Origin: the human T2T-CHM13v2.0 reference genome, Homo sapiens
DNA length: 64,000 nucleotides
Direction: 5' to 3' (one strand)
Assembly (NCBI RefSeq): GCF_009914755.1
Contig: NC_060936.1
Part shown: in pieces, positions 1 to 17,324 of the stretch
Numbering within the stretch: the stretch's first letter is position 1
Layout of the letters: each line of letters opens with the position of its first letter
Position numbers and translations under genes: made by a program
Notes under the pieces: model-generated
What the model saw: the letters and a program-made list of their open reading frames with translations, nothing else
Databases searched by the model: none
Told to the model about the DNA's origin: nothing

Positions 1-394
1 TGATTGTGTTTTGAAATGTGAGGACATGAGATTTGGGAGGGGTTAGTGGTGAAATGATATGGTTTGGCTGTTTCCTCACCCAAATCTCATCTTGAGTCGT
101 AGGTCCCATAATCCCCACATGTGATGGAAGGGACCCAGTGGGAGATAATTGAATCATGGGGCAGTTTCCACCATGCTATCCTTGTGATAGTAAGTTCTCA
201 CGAAATCTGATGGTTTTATGAGGGGCTTCCCCTTTTGCTCGGCTCTCATTCTTCTCTCTCCTGACACCTCATGAGGAAGGACATGTTTGCTTCCCCTTCT
301 GCCATGATTATAGGTTTCCTGAGGTCTCCCCAGCCCTGCAGAACTGTGAGTTAATTAAACCTCTCTCCTTTATAAATGAGAATGGACTAATACA
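1..394 (+). mobile_element. THE1 (ERVL-MaLR) internal 3' end plus 3' LTR (LTR 55-394)
   Basis: Purine-rich tract followed by TGATATGGTTTGGCTG...GGACTAATACA, typical THE1 LTR termini. Confidence 0.9.
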
Positions 395-687
395 CTCCAG
401 TACAAGAGATTCAGGTGAAAGAGCTTCCGAAGGATGGGTAGCATAGGGTTAGGAGGAGAAAGATAACGAAAGAACCCAGTTTGAGAGGAAGGACCGCTAA
501 TATGCTTGCTTCCATTCCATACAACCTTTCCATTGCTACAAAGATTCCCTAGAGATCACTGCCAAGCTCCTCCCATCTCTGCCAAACTCTTCACCCTTCC
601 CTTTCCAGAAGCCTAATCTATACATTCCTTGTCCACCAGACCCTGTCATTGCATCCCTGATACTTGCTTGCCTTGATTTATTTATTA

Positions 688-979
<292 letters not shown>

Positions 980-999
980 TATTTTACTTTATTTGTATC

Positions 1000-1204
<205 letters not shown>

Positions 1205-1778
1205 GGCCTTGCTTTATAAGTGCTGCCAAGTATCTGTCTTCCCTGGGAAGATGTGAGCTTCCTGAAGAAATGAACTCAACAGGGCTCACACTCAGCCCTT
1301 CCTTCCACAGCCCTAGTCCTCTTTTCAGCATCACCCCTAACCTAGAGGAAGGAGGGAGGCTGGGGGAGGACAAGGACAGGAAGCAGCTCTACTGGAGTGG
1401 CCCCAGCGCTTACACTGGGAAGTGTGGAGTCAGTTCCTGCCCTCACTATTGGGAGTTTGAGCACAGGAGGTCAATCTGGGAGAGCCCCAGACACCACATG
1501 CCTCCTACGAGGAGGGCTAAGCTTGTGGAGACTCTCAGCCTAAAGGTGTCTCAGTCCCACAGCCTTTCCTAGTTCAGGCCCCATCATCTCCTACTCTCAA
1601 GTGAGTGTAAGAACTTCCTCTCCAGACTGTGAGTCCTCTGCCTCTCTTCCTGCCGATTATCCTCCTCCAAAGCTGCCATCCTTCTGAAATGAAGTCACAG
1701 TACAGATGAAACACTTTCAACGACTCCTTCTTACTTTCTAAATAAATGCTTTTAGCATGACATGAATGTCAATTCAAC

Positions 1779-1995
1779 ATTTTTTTTTTTGAGACAGGGT
1801 CATGCTCTGGCTCAGCCTCCCGAGTAGCTGGGACTACAGGCACATGCCGTCATGCCAGGCTAATTTTTGTAATTTTTATAGAAAAAAGGTCTTGACATGT
1901 TGCCCAGGCTGTCTTGAACTCCTGGGCTCAAGTGATCCACCCGCCTCGGCCTCCCTAAGTGCTGGGATTACAGGGGTGAGCCACTGTCCCTGGCC
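1779..1995 (-). mobile_element. Alu with internal deletion in the right arm
   Basis: Consensus jumps from GCTCT to GGCTCAGCCTCCCGAG. Confidence 0.85.
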
Positions 1996-2380
1996 AATTT
2001 AACATCTTTTAAGTCTCATTTCCTAAACAAACCTAAGCTTCAGCCACACCAGATCTCTTTAACAAACACATTCATGTCTTTAGGACTGTGCTTATGCCAT
2101 TCTCTTGTGGGAATGCCCTTCATCCACTCTTCTCTCTTAGACACTCATCCTTTAAGGCCCAGCTCCAATCTGGCTTCCACTGCAGACCAGCCCTAGCCAC
2201 GCCAGGCAGAAATGGCACCTCCTGGCTACATACTCCATGGTGCATTGTTCTCGTACCATGAATAAAATGGAATGCATGCTTGTGACACTCTTACTTGATG
2301 CCAGCCACTCTGTGGCACATGAATCTCATTTATGACCTATCTCATATCCCTCACCCACCATGTAAGGGACTCAACTGCTC

Positions 2381-2984
<604 letters not shown>

Positions 2985-2987
2985 TGC

Positions 2988-3110
2988 CCCCATTTTTTGA
3001 AGAGGAAACAGGTTCAGGGAGGCCAAATGCTTGTCCAAGGTCACAGAGCTAGGAAGGGTCAGAGCTGGGATTTGAATTCCTAGGTGTTGGACTCTGCAGT
3101 CCATGCCCTT
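2988..3110. mobile_element. MIR fragment
   Basis: MIR core-like ...GAGGAAACAGG...TCCAAGGTCACAGAGCTAG...GGGATTTGAA. Confidence 0.7.
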
Positions 3111-3122
3111 TCACACCTGTTA

Positions 3123-3482
<360 letters not shown>

Positions 3483-4013
3483 CTATGGGGGTTTTTAGTA
3501 TTTTCAGGGCAGGGTCTGTCTCCTTTGTCATGGCATCCCCTCTGCCTGGGTCAGAGCCAGGCACACAGTACTCAGTAGATGTTTGTGGAATTGAAGGCTG
3601 GAAGTTTGGTGAGCAACCCCACTTACCTATCAACAGCTATGGCAAAAAGGGCTGGTTGGGGAGTCTTCAAGAGCAGAAGAGTGGCCCAGCGGGTAGGAAA
3701 CAGAGGTGAAGGCCTGTCCCTACCCTCTGCCCTGTCTCTCCCAGCATTTCTGAGTTAGGGTTGGCCTTGGCAGCGTTCAGGGAGTCTTGAAGCCAGAGCT
3801 GAAAAGCTCTTGGAGCTCTTTGGCTGAGGTGTGAAGGAAGCATGGTCTACCTGCCCCTACCTGACTTCTTCCTGCTCCTGGCCTTTAAGATGAGCTGTGA
3901 TGTCAGGCAACAGGCTCATGAGGTGGTGCCTGCTCCCTTGAAAGGAACTGCCCTCCTCCTTTGAGTGCCCAGGGGAGACCCCGGCCCCCTCCTCTGGGCC
4001 CCTCCAGCCTCAC

Positions 4014-4186
4014 CCTCTGTGCTGGCATCATCCACCAGTATGATCTCCTTGAGCAAGATGGCAGGGGTGGTGTGTAGGACGCTGTACACTGTTCGCAGCA
4101 GTGTGGACCAGGCTTCGTTGTGGAACACAATGATCACGCTGGTGGTGGCCAGTGGGGGGCAGCGCCGGAACTTCTGGTCCACACAC
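4014..4186 (-). CDS. GALNT6: GALNT6 second coding exon (start of GT-A catalytic domain); 173 nt
   Basis: Acceptor ttccAG| at 4188-4187 and donor G|GTGAGG at 4013-4008. The first G completes Glu164, then [57 protein letters not shown], the hallmark GalNAc-T motif. Confidence 0.97.
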
Positions 4187-4883
4187 CTGGAAGTATGAAA
4201 GTACGGACAAAGTTCTCCTGGTCCCTGGGAGTACCAGGTGTGGGGAGGGCCCCATCCAGAGACTCCCCCAGACCATCCTCCACTCCTCTGAACCACAGCC
4301 TACATTCTCTATAGCAGGTGGGAACAGCTGTTCCCTGTTCCTGTCTTCCCCGGTATCTGCCACCCACCCTGAGCCTTTGCACAGGTTCTAGCCAAACCAC
4401 TCCAAAATCCATCCCCACAGAGCTGGCTCAGTGCCCCAGCTGTGATGCTGAGGCTCCTCCACCCCCTTCCTTCATCTGCTATCTGCTCTCAGGCTAGGAG
4501 TTCCCAGGGCTGGCTCTCTTCCTCCGTAATATGTGAACTGCATAAAATGTAATCCAATCCAGAGGTCCCAGAGGGGTAGGTAATAAAGGCCAAATTTGAC
4601 ATCTGAGAAAAGTGACTATGATTTCCATACTCAATGAGAAGAAAAGGCTCTTCCCTTTACAGCGTACAGTTCCTCTCTAATCCATTTTCTCATTAACTCC
4701 CTGTGATTTGACACCACTATCACAGTCAATTTCCTGCAACCTTTCTTCCAACTTCATCCACTCCAGCTACTCTGTGGCACTTGGCCATGCTGCTACCTTC
4801 TTGACACTCTATCTCAGGGTTGGGGTGGGAATGTGTGAATCCTGGATCTCAAGGAATCATGTGACCTCACACCCTTTCCTTGA

Positions 4884-5303
<420 letters not shown>

Positions 5304-6109
5304 TGATAGCTTCAAGTGGCCCCTTGTTCTAGGGCTATCATACTTGGCTCAAGTCTCAAGAACCTCAGGTTCACAGCCCTAAAGACTCACGAAATCTGGG
5401 GATGAGGGCTGCCATTTGAGAAAAGGCCAAATAGGGTATAACACTTGACCTGGAAAAGACAAAGGCTAAGTGGGGAAGACACACTGTCTTTAACTTGAGG
5501 ATCATGGGAATGCAGCCATGGGGGCGTTAGAGGGAGGGGGCTGCCACTCAAAGATCTAAGTGAGATCTCATTGTGCAAGATTGAGGCTATAAACAACTTC
5601 AGATAAAGGTTGGAATCAATTCCGGCCTTGTGGGCCTTCACTGGAGGAAACCAGGTGTGAGGATATTCCTAACCACCAGGGTTGCTGTTAAGAAATGCCC
5701 ACCCCCCCTCCAAACAGCTCAGCATTAGAGTCCCACAGTCTCTGGAGCAGGCCTCAGTAGAGGAGAAAGCTACTGAAACCACAGCTTGGTATCAGGTCTC
5801 CCCAGTCACCCCGTGCCAGGTCCTGGTGCCAGGCTGAGTTCCTTCTTCCACATCATCTCACTTTCATAATTGCATTTCACTCTCACAGGTCTCCCTGGGC
5901 CTCTGGCCTGACCATAATACCCTTGAATCACAACCCCTGGGATCAGCACAGTTGTTCTGGGAAAGAAGTGAGGCATAGAGGAGATCCTTGCCCATATTAT
6001 AAAATTCCCTTCAACTCTTTCTCTGGCCCTTGATCTATGGCCCTGGCCATACTAGCCATGCCTTTAGCAAAGCCCTGGTCTCCCCACAAGGACTCTGGGT
6101 GCTACTTAC

Positions 6110-6600
6110 TCAGGTGGTCGGGTGTCTGGCCCCAGGGACCTCTGCAGGGAGATCCGGTCGCTGGCAAAGGCATTGAAACAGTGCTTCTTATAGCCTTCTT
6201 CCTTTTCCTGGGTCTCCAGGGGGGTCCACTTGCTCTTCTGAAATGCTTTTCCATCTGCCCCAGGGGCATTGGGGTCCTGTGGTGGCCGTTCCCAGAAGGG
6301 CTTCAGTTCAGCTGGGGTATAGAACCCAGGGAGGCAGGACTGGTTTATGGAGAACAGAGTCTGCTGGGCTTCTGGAGCCCTGATTTGGAGCTTGGGCATT
6401 GAATCTCTAAGGTTGTTCATGGCCTCCAGCATGAGGTCCAGGACGTGATCCTTCCGGCTCACCAGGGACTTCAGCCACGGCTTCTCTGTGGCCTCCTCTC
6501 TGCTGCTCACATCCCTATGCAGGAGGAAGAGGAAGAGCACAAAGGCGCAGCCCACCATGGCCAGGCGCAGGGGCATGTGGCGTCTGCGGAGGAGCCTCAT
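6110..6600 (-). CDS. GALNT6: Polypeptide N-acetylgalactosaminyltransferase 6, first coding exon (cytoplasmic tail, TM anchor, stem); 491 nt, ends in phase 2
   Basis: Translates MRLLRRRHMPLRLAMVGCAFVLFLFLLHRD...GYKKHCFNAFASDRISLQRSLGPDTRPPE, a type II membrane GalNAc-T N-terminus with the family FN..SD.I motif. ATG has A at -3 and an in-frame TGA 33 nt upstream. Donor GA|GTAAGT at 6109-6104. Confidence 0.97.
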
Positions 6601-6703
6601 CCTCCAGAACCAAGGGGCACCCCAGCTGCGTCAGCTCTGAGTCCTGAGCCCAACCCTGGAGATAGCTTGATACGTTGTGGTGGCCACAAGCTGGGGCCTC
6701 AGC
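6601..6703 (-). other. GALNT6: 5'UTR portion (103 nt) of the GALNT6 first coding exon
   Basis: Strong minus-strand acceptor ttctctcttgtcccctcctttctcAG| at 6705-6704; no ATG between it and the start codon. Confidence 0.85.
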
Positions 6704-6989
6704 CTGAGAAAGGAGGGGACAAGAGAGAGAAGTGAGCCAACACAGGGTAAGGAGGGAGTCGGGTGCTTGGGGTTCGAGGCCAGGCTCTGTTGCTGAGTGG
6801 TGGCATCACCTTATTGGCCACAACTTTCCCATATCTACATTTCCTTCATCCATAAAATGAGGAGACCGGAGGCAGTGTTTCTTTCCTGCCCTAAGATCCT
6901 AATATGCATGGATCTAGAGTCACTGGAACACTGAAACACTACATGAGATTTAATCATTAAACTCATGAGATTTAATCATTATGGCTTTG

Positions 6990-7785
<796 letters not shown>

Positions 7786-7786
7786 T

Positions 7787-8075
7787 GGCCAAGCATGGTG
7801 TAATCCCAGCACTTTGGGAGGCTGAGGTGGGAGGATCGCTTGGGCCCAGGAGTTCAAGACCAGTCTGCTCAACGTATTGAGAGCCCATCTCAATAAAAAA
7901 TTTTAAAAATTAGCGAGGCGTAGTGGTGCACACCTGTAGTCCTAGCTGCCTGGGAGGCTGAAGCAGGAGGACTGCTGGAGCCCAGGAGGTTAAGGCTGCA
8001 GTGAGCTATAATCGCACCATTGCTCTTCAGCATGGGCGAGAGAGAGATTCTGTCTTTAAAAATAAATAAATAAAA
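7787..8075 (+). mobile_element. AluJ-like
   Basis: Alu dimer with (AAAT)n tail. Confidence 0.9.
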
Positions 8076-8449
8076 GTTATCTGTAATCTACTCCTATTTA
8101 ATAAAAAAGAATTTAACAGAAACCTAAGATTTCATGACAAGACATTCCCGGCAGGGCTGGGCATGGGCGTTCACCAGGCTCCACCCCCAGGCATGTGGAT
8201 CCATGCCCTAGAGGATGAATGCTTGCAGAACTTTCTGTGCAGAGTTCTGGACACATAAGCTCACTGGTTAAGCACTAGACATCAATGGCAAGGGACCTGG
8301 GCACAAATTCCAGTTCTTCCTCTTCTAGTAGTAGCACCTACCTCCTAGGGTTGTTACAAGGATTATGCTCCTTCCCCACAAAATTCATGGACAAAGCTTA
8401 GCAGTCTCTGCACATGGTAAGTTCCCACAAAGTGTTAGTTTTGATCATT

Positions 8450-8645
8450 AGCAGCTGTGTGACCCTTGGGTAATTTACTTAATCCCTCTAAGCCTCAATT
8501 TCCTCATCTATAAAGTGGGGGCAACTAATACCTAACTCACAGGGTTGTGGGGAGGATTAAATCAGATAATGTAGGTAAAATGTTTGGCAGAGCACCTGTC
8601 ACACTAAGCCCTCAATAAATGGTATCAACTATTTCTATTATTATG
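8450..8645. mobile_element. MIR
   Basis: GCTGTGTGACCCTTGGG...GCCTCAATTTCCTCATCTATAAAGTGGGG...CTCAATAAATG. Confidence 0.8.
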
Positions 8646-8944
8646 ATAAATCCCTGCTTCACTTCCCAGCAGTTATCCTCAAGCACCTGGCCCTTGGCCA
8701 AAGCCACGTTCATTACTCCCTGCATGTTTTGCTTAAAAATAACTCTGGTTGTACTATTTAATGCTATTGTTTAAACGCACAAGCTCCTGCCTGTGGAGAG
8801 GCCTGGTGTCTGAGACCTTGGGAGTATGTGGCCATCATGATCTCAAGTGGGGAGCTGGATTCATTCTGGACTGGGGTACAAATGTGGCTTCTTTTATAAC
8901 ATCAGATTCAGCAGCACCGTCAAAAATCAAACAAAAGAAATCTC

Positions 8945-9490
8945 TTTGAGCATCTATTTTGTATTAACTATTGTCTAGGAGATAGGAGAGATTTGTTTAT
9001 TCCACCAGTATTTACTGAATAACTGCCTCTACCAGGTACTCTGCAAGAGGCGGGGGACACAGAGAAGTGCAAGGCCAGCCCTCAAGGATCCTACAGTCAA
9101 TTGGGGGCATCAGATTTTAAACAGAGATTACCCTGTGAGAAGCAGAATCAAAGAGGTACCCTTGAGTGCTGAAGGAGCCGGCATGCAGGAAACTCAGCAA
9201 ATGGGGGAGGGCAACATCTGTGAAGAAATCTCACGGGGGCAGAAATGGGCCGAACACTAACTGGCGAGTAGGAGTCAGCGAGGCGAGGTGAGCACATTTC
9301 AGGCAGAAGGCACAGTACCTGCAATGGTCTAGAGGTGGGAGACAGAAGAGCCAGTCACAGAACTGTAAGCAGTCTGGTATGGCAGGAGTAGCAGAAATTG
9401 GGCCTACAGAGGTGGCTGAAACCAAGTCCTAAGGGCCTTGTTCATCATGCTGAGGAGCATTTGCCCTTGACCCAAGGCATGGGGAGTAAT
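8945..9490. mobile_element. L2 fragments
   Basis: TATTTACTGA...CCAGGTACT and CAGGCAGAAGG...CAGTACCTGCAA L2 3'-end-like motifs. Confidence 0.55.
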
Positions 9491-11228
9491 AAAGCGTTAA
9501 GCTGGGAGCCCAGCATTACAGGAAGAGCCATATGACAGCGGTGGAGGGTATCTTGGAAAGGGACCTGCTTGGCAGCTGGATGACCCATTCGGAGTCTGAC
9601 CCAGGAGAGTTAGTAGCAGTGTGGATGGAAGAGGGAGGGTATGGTGCCTAGGAAGACCCCCTTGGGTGATGGGGTGGGACAGTTTACCCCGTCTGGTACA
9701 CAGAGGGACACAAAGGCTCAATTCCTTTCCCCAAGGGATTTGAAAATCTTATTGGAGAATGAGAACTGATAGCACTGACCAGGTGAAGGAAGCACCTGAC
9801 CAGGGGAGATTCAGGAGCAGGAAAAGGACCTTTCACTGAATACTCTTTTGTACTTTGAACCCTGACTATATTACTTATTCAAAAATGAATAAAATTAAAG
9901 CAGAATAGCACAGACAGTAAGAGCTAAGCTGAGAGAGGTAGAGTTCCCTGTGGGTTTGAGGAAGGCTTCGGGGAGGAAATGGGGATTCAGTGTAGCAGGA
10001 GTTTCTTGTCACAGAGGTTGAGCTATGCTGGGGCTAGCACAGGGGGATTTGCTTGAGCTAGACACCTCATCAGTTCTGGAACTGTCCCGGCTAAGCCCAC
10101 ACAGAGGCCTGCAGAATGGGGGAGTGTTTGCCATGACAGCTTTGAACCGTCCTGCAGGCTTCATCTTCCCTGCTACTTTCCATCTACCTTCCCACTCCAG
10201 CAAGAAAGAGGGAGCACAGTTAGAAACAAAGGCATGGTAAGATTGTAGTTACTAACTGTTGCCAGTGCTCAAGACTCACCCCCTCCAGGAAGGCCTCCTG
10301 ACTGATTCACTCAGAATCACCTAGGTTACTCCAACTCTTTCATCCTGGCACTGCCTCGTGGTCCCTCACAGCAGGGCCTGTTTTTGCTTCTTTTATTTTC
10401 CCTGGAGAAAGAAATATAGGGTTAAATTGAGCTCTTCCTAGGCATCTAATCTCTCAATCCCATCTGGCTGCCTGAAGCTTTCTCTCTCAAACCTACAGTT
10501 CCTCAAGGTACTAACCACATCCTGAACCGAAATGAGACACCTGGGATTAGCCTTGGTGGTGAGGCACTCATTCTCTAGTTTGTTTGCTTAGCATGAGGGC
10601 AACAGGAAGAGTCCCTTAGAAGAGACACAGAATCTAGTGCAAGCCACAGGACTTTGGGGTTAAGGATTTTTGCTCCCTGTGTAGGAGATGATTCCCAGAA
10701 GTATGGTTAGCAAGGTCGTGGAGGTCGCCCCTCCACCAGCCTTGGAGAAAGAATAGCTGCTATTCTTTGCTATTGTTTCAAGTACAAAGCTTCACGAGAT
10801 CCGCCCCTGGTGTCTTGTATATCTCCCTCACCTTTGGGCTCCCACACCTGGCCTCCTGCTTTCCTGGCAAGTGTGCCCGCAGCCCCCATCCACTCATTTC
10901 CCTCTCGCTGTGGCTCAGCACTTCTTCCCAAGTCTTTTTCCTCCAGCTACCCTTGGGCCTGCAACTCTTTGGACCATCCTTGGCTTTGATCCCGAGATGA
11001 TGCCAGAAATCCTCTCTGAAAAGCCTGCCTAGATTGAACAAATGGGATTTGCTTCCCTGGCCCCACCGGCCAGAACACAAACTTACCTTCTCTCACTGGT
11101 GTAAGGAACTGAGGCTTTACCCAGCCCAGCTTGTATCAAACTGCTGATTACAATCCACTGTGATATTATAAAATAAATTCAGAGTGTTGCAAATTAGCAT
11201 TCAAAAATTTCTTTAAAAGACCAGTTAG

Positions 11229-11721
11229 GACCAGGCACAGTGGCTCACACCTGAAATCCCAGCACTTTGGGAGGCCATGGTGGGCAGATCACTTTAGGCC
11301 AGGAGTTCAAGACCAACCTGGCCAACATGGTGAAACCCCTTCTCTACTAAAATATAAAAATTAGCCAGGCATGGTGGCAGGTGCCTGTAATCCCAACTAC
11401 TCAGGAGACAGAGGCAGGAGAGTTGATTGAACCTAGGAGCTGGAGGTTGCAGTAAGCAGAAATAGCACCACCGTACTCCAGCCTGGGTGACAGAGCAAGA
11501 CTCTGTCTCAAAAAAAAAAAAAAAAAAAAGACCAATTAGCAAAAAGAGACCAGTTAGCTGGGTGTGGTGGCATAGGCCTGTAATCTCAGCTACTTGAGAG
11601 GCTGATGCTGGAGGATTGCTTGAGCCCAGGAGGTTGAGGCCGTAGTTAGTTATGATCATGCCACTGCACTACAACCTAGGCAATAGAGCGAGACCCTGTC
11701 TCAAAAAATAAAAATAAATAA
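11229..11721 (+). mobile_element. AluS (11229-11529) followed by an Alu right monomer (11554-11721)
   Basis: Alu consensus; AAAAGACCAGTTAG-like duplicated flank. Confidence 0.9.
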
Positions 11722-11783
11722 ATTTTAAAAACCCAGAATAGAATGAAAAGAAAATATCAAAGTGCATCATGTATCACATGTAA

Positions 11784-12106
<323 letters not shown>

Positions 12107-12652
12107 TGAAAAGTAAACTTTTATTTTAATGTTTGTTTCAGTCTATTAAAGATACACACTGCCTGATACAAAATTAAAATGATAAATTTGTTATTCAAAA
12201 TTCATACAACTAAAGACAAAAGAAGTTTAAATGATTCCATTTTCAAATGATAGTTTTTATGGTTTGCAGAATTTATGCTTGTAATGTGATTAAATTATAA
12301 AACTGCCCTAAGATTTTTGGGATGCCCTGTCACATATACACAGGTACCGGGTCTTGCTATAAAGTATATTTCTCACTTTGGTCAAGTCATAGAAGTTTGA
12401 AAGCCAGTGACACAGTCCAAACCCCACAGTTTATATTCTAGCCCCCCTCCAAAAAGCCTTCTCAGATCTCCCAGCAGAATTCATCTCTTCCCTGCTTTGC
12501 CCCCTTAGCACCCGATTTTTATTTGTACTCCAGTCTCATCACAGCCCACCCTGTGTTTATGGACTCCTGGACCAGAGAGCCATGCCATTTCCAGCTTTTT
12601 ATCACCTACAAAGTCTAGCACAAGTTTTACATATAGCAGGTGTTCCATAAAC

Positions 12653-12820
12653 TTTTTTTTTTTCTCTTGGAGACAGGGTCTCACTCTGTCACCCAGGCTG
12701 AAGTGTAGTGGCATGAACACAGCTTTCTGCAGCCTCGACCTCCCAGGCTCAAACAATCCTCCTATCTCAGCCTCCTGAGTAGCTGGGAATACAGAGGTGC
12801 GTGCCATCAGGCCTGGCTAG
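12653..12820 (-). mobile_element. Alu right monomer
   Basis: Monomer flanked by a GTTCCA(T/C)AAACT duplication. Confidence 0.85.
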
Positions 12821-13680
12821 TTCCACAAACTCTTGTTAAATGAGATGAGGTTGGAAGGGTTAAATGTGGAGCACTGGCTTCACTAAATGATGTTCTGAAT
12901 GAACTTACTGCAAGAAATACTTGACTTACAGGATATTCTGCCATTACACATTAGCTTGCTGTTTTGACTAGGTCTGTCTGTGGGTCTAACACCCTCATTT
13001 TATCAACGGCGAGGCCAGAATGGTTAGGTGACTTCTCTAGCAACACACAGCTAGTGGCTCCCAGGAGTAGAACCCGATCTCTCAACTCCTAGACCACTAC
13101 TCTGTTTACCACACTCATACCCGTGGAGGTTGAGTAGGGAATTTGGGGACCAGGCCTGTCCTCCCTGAGCCTCCCCGACTCCACCCTTTGATCCCCTTCC
13201 TGGCATTTGCCTTCCTCCCACTCAAGGATACAAATGCTTTAAAGATGTGGAGACTGGAAGTCCCAGGCAGCCTTAGCTTTTGTGAATGTCAGAGTCAGCC
13301 ATCCAGAACATGCCCTAGCTTTCCAGGTGGCCTCTTTGTAACAATGTTTCTTTCTATTTATCAGGTGAGCTGGTCACCTCCTTAGACGTGGCAGCAGGAA
13401 GCAAGCAGTCCTTACCACAGCGATATTTGCTCAAGTTACTCAGAGGAGGGCTCAATTACAAGTTTCTTTGGAAAGTGATAACTGTCACCACTCTTACCAC
13501 GGGCACAGGTGTGTGGAGCTAGACATCATATTGGGGAGGGGGCAGGTTAATTTCACACTACTGTTGGGGGAAATGGGGCTGAGAGGCTGTTTGGCCAAAT
13601 GACCGTCCTTTCTTCCTCATAAGCACTTTCTCTCCATCAAACACAGCACTCATCTCAAGTCCTCTGTACTCATACTGTGA

Positions 13681-14232
<552 letters not shown>

Positions 14233-16164
14233 TAAGCTTAAATTACCCAAACATGGATTTTCTATTGAAAAACTCAACCCAACTTTGCTCACCACTGTAT
14301 ACCTAGAGCAGCGCTTGGCATGTGGTAGGCACTTGGTTAATATTTGTTGACTTATTCCAAGAAAAAGTCACCAAAAATCAAAATAATATGCCACCAAACA
14401 GGAGGTTCAACAGTTCACAGGTTTTTCACTGGAGACCCTGTAGGCCCTTCCAGGTGGGGCAGGGGTGTGCAACGGTTTATCCCTAGGAGTGCAGAAGTGG
14501 AGGGAGGGTTCCAGGTGGAGATGAGGTGGGATTCTCTAATCACCTAGAAGCCTTGGTGACAACGAGACTGGGCTTGAGGGGGAGAGTTGGGGGAAAGGAC
14601 AGAGAAGGGACAGGGAAGTGATGAGAAGGGTGGAAGACAGGAGGGGTATTCCCGAAGGCCTCTTGGGCCAGTCTTCAAATTGGGAAGGGGGCTTAATGGG
14701 AGAGACTAGAATTGAATTTTTCCTTTTCTCCTCATCCCCCAGTCTGCTCTTGGCTGCAGAACTTTCACCCGGGGCCACTGGCTACTTAATGTACCATCCC
14801 CTGGGCTCAGGGTCTGTGCCCAGCCTCCTCTGCTAGCCAGCCTGCCCAATTTCCCCATTGCTGCCAGAAGCATTGAAGTCCGTGAAACAAGCCAGCCCCT
14901 GTCCCACTCTCAGACAGGTCGTTTTTAATCCTGTCTCAATTTCAGGTTCACCCCACACCCGCTCCCAAGTCCTGCTGATTCATTCCCTGCCTCCGGGTTC
15001 CTCACTGTCCTTTCTGCTTTCAAAACCTTCATTTGAAATTGGGCCTTTATCAACTAGCATCTGGAGGATCAGCAGGAGCTGCCTGCCAGCCTCCTTTGCC
15101 TCGGGCCCCTCTCTCTCTTTCACAATCAGGACAGCCGTATTCATATTCCTTGAGCACTGTTTGACTGTGGCAGAAACACAGAGGGGCTGGCCGGGTTGCT
15201 TCCTGTTTGCTGCTCACCCTCAAGCCCAACCAGATGCTTGGCACTCACTGGCTATCTTTTCTTCCTCAAAGCCTTTCCCTTATATTCTTGCTAAGCAAGC
15301 CATATTTCTTTTCGTTCAAATTCTTACCAGAGACTCCCCTCTTTCAAGAAGGCTTCCTAGACTAAGGTGCATCTTGCTGCCTCAGTTTCTAGGTGTTATT
15401 TGTTCCCAAGTTTCTCTACTACCCGTGCTTTCCTTACGTGGGATTTCCCCACTAACTATCATGGAGAAGGGAGAACCAACAGGCCTAGACGGTAGACCAC
15501 CTAGATCCTATTTCCTTCTCCTTCCCAATCCTTGAGTCTTGGTCCCCAAACTTCTGTCTCCAGAATGTTCTTCCTGACCAATCTACCTGGCCTTCCAATC
15601 CCTGTCGCATCTCTCTGCCTTGAGATGTATGGCAATGCTATTTTGCTAGTCTGTTCTTCATTCTCTATTACGTGCAGAGTTGAGGACTGGGTTGCTTTCT
15701 TCCTTCAAATCTCTACCTAGGCCTTAGGACCAAGTTGTTCAGGGTACGAGAGAATAAGCTGACCCCACAGGGCTGTCAGGTGCCACAAAAGTCTTCTAAC
15801 AGTCCTTCTCCTCCCTGGAGTGAGCTCACCCTTGTTCACCACACAGGCCTTTTACACAGCACAATTACAACATTGAGCTCGACACAGAGACAGGCACTGC
15901 CCTGCACTTAACCTCCTGCTTATTCAAATCCTCACTCTCGTTCCTATCAAATGAGAATGAACATTTGGGCTTTCCCAGAAAGGGGCAGAGGACTGTGTAA
16001 AGAGCTGAGTTCACCCAAGCTACGGCATGGACACACCCAACCTGGTCTTCAGCATCCCTTCCAGGGCTGAGATGTCGGAACACATCCGTGGGAGCCAGAA
16101 AATGTTAAGAAGAATACCATCACCATTTTAAATATTACTGCTTACCATATCAAATCAAGTTACA

Positions 16165-16305
16165 GTTATCTTCTCTGTTTTACACAGAAGGAAACTGAAG
16201 CACAGGGAGGTCAAGTAACTTGACCAAGGTCACACAGCTAGAAATGTGGCAGAGGCAGAATTTGCATTCAGGCCTATGTATCTCCAAAGCCCACTCTCTT
16301 AACTA
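16165..16305. mobile_element. MIR
   Basis: GGAAACTGAAGCACAG...AAGTAACTTGACCAAGGTCACACAGCTAG. Confidence 0.8.
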
Positions 16306-16761
16306 TGACATCACATTGTCTTGCATTTGACTGGTGCTTGGAGCTTTGCCAAAACACTTCATATACACCTTCTCATTTGCTCCCCACCCAGGGAGTGTTT
16401 ATGTGTTTTGGCTAAGATTATATATCGAAGTTAGTGACAGGGCTGAGTCAGCTGCCTGCCTTCATGATACTCACTGCCTCCCTGCACTGAGAGGCCCTCA
16501 GCCCTAGGGTTAGCTGCCCCTCCTGGTCCTGAGGTCTGTTCGAGGCAATGGTTGCATGGACTAAGTTCATGCTCATATTTCCTGTCCCCACTTCTTCCAG
16601 CTGAACTTGGGCAAATATGTTTCTGACCTCACAGGGCACCTGACACACATCAGGGCCTCCCCTTCTCTGCCCTGAGTTCTTCCATGCTGCTACGGGTAGG
16701 AGTCAGCTGTTCCACCCACTGTAGGACTGTGGGCAGCATTACTGAGGTGAGGTCATCTTGA

Positions 16762-17324
<563 letters not shown>

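Noticed and set aside
14858-15535. 225-aa ORF, the longest in the window
   Set aside because: TTG start, L2-like degenerate sequence, no motif, and antisense to a GALNT6 intron.
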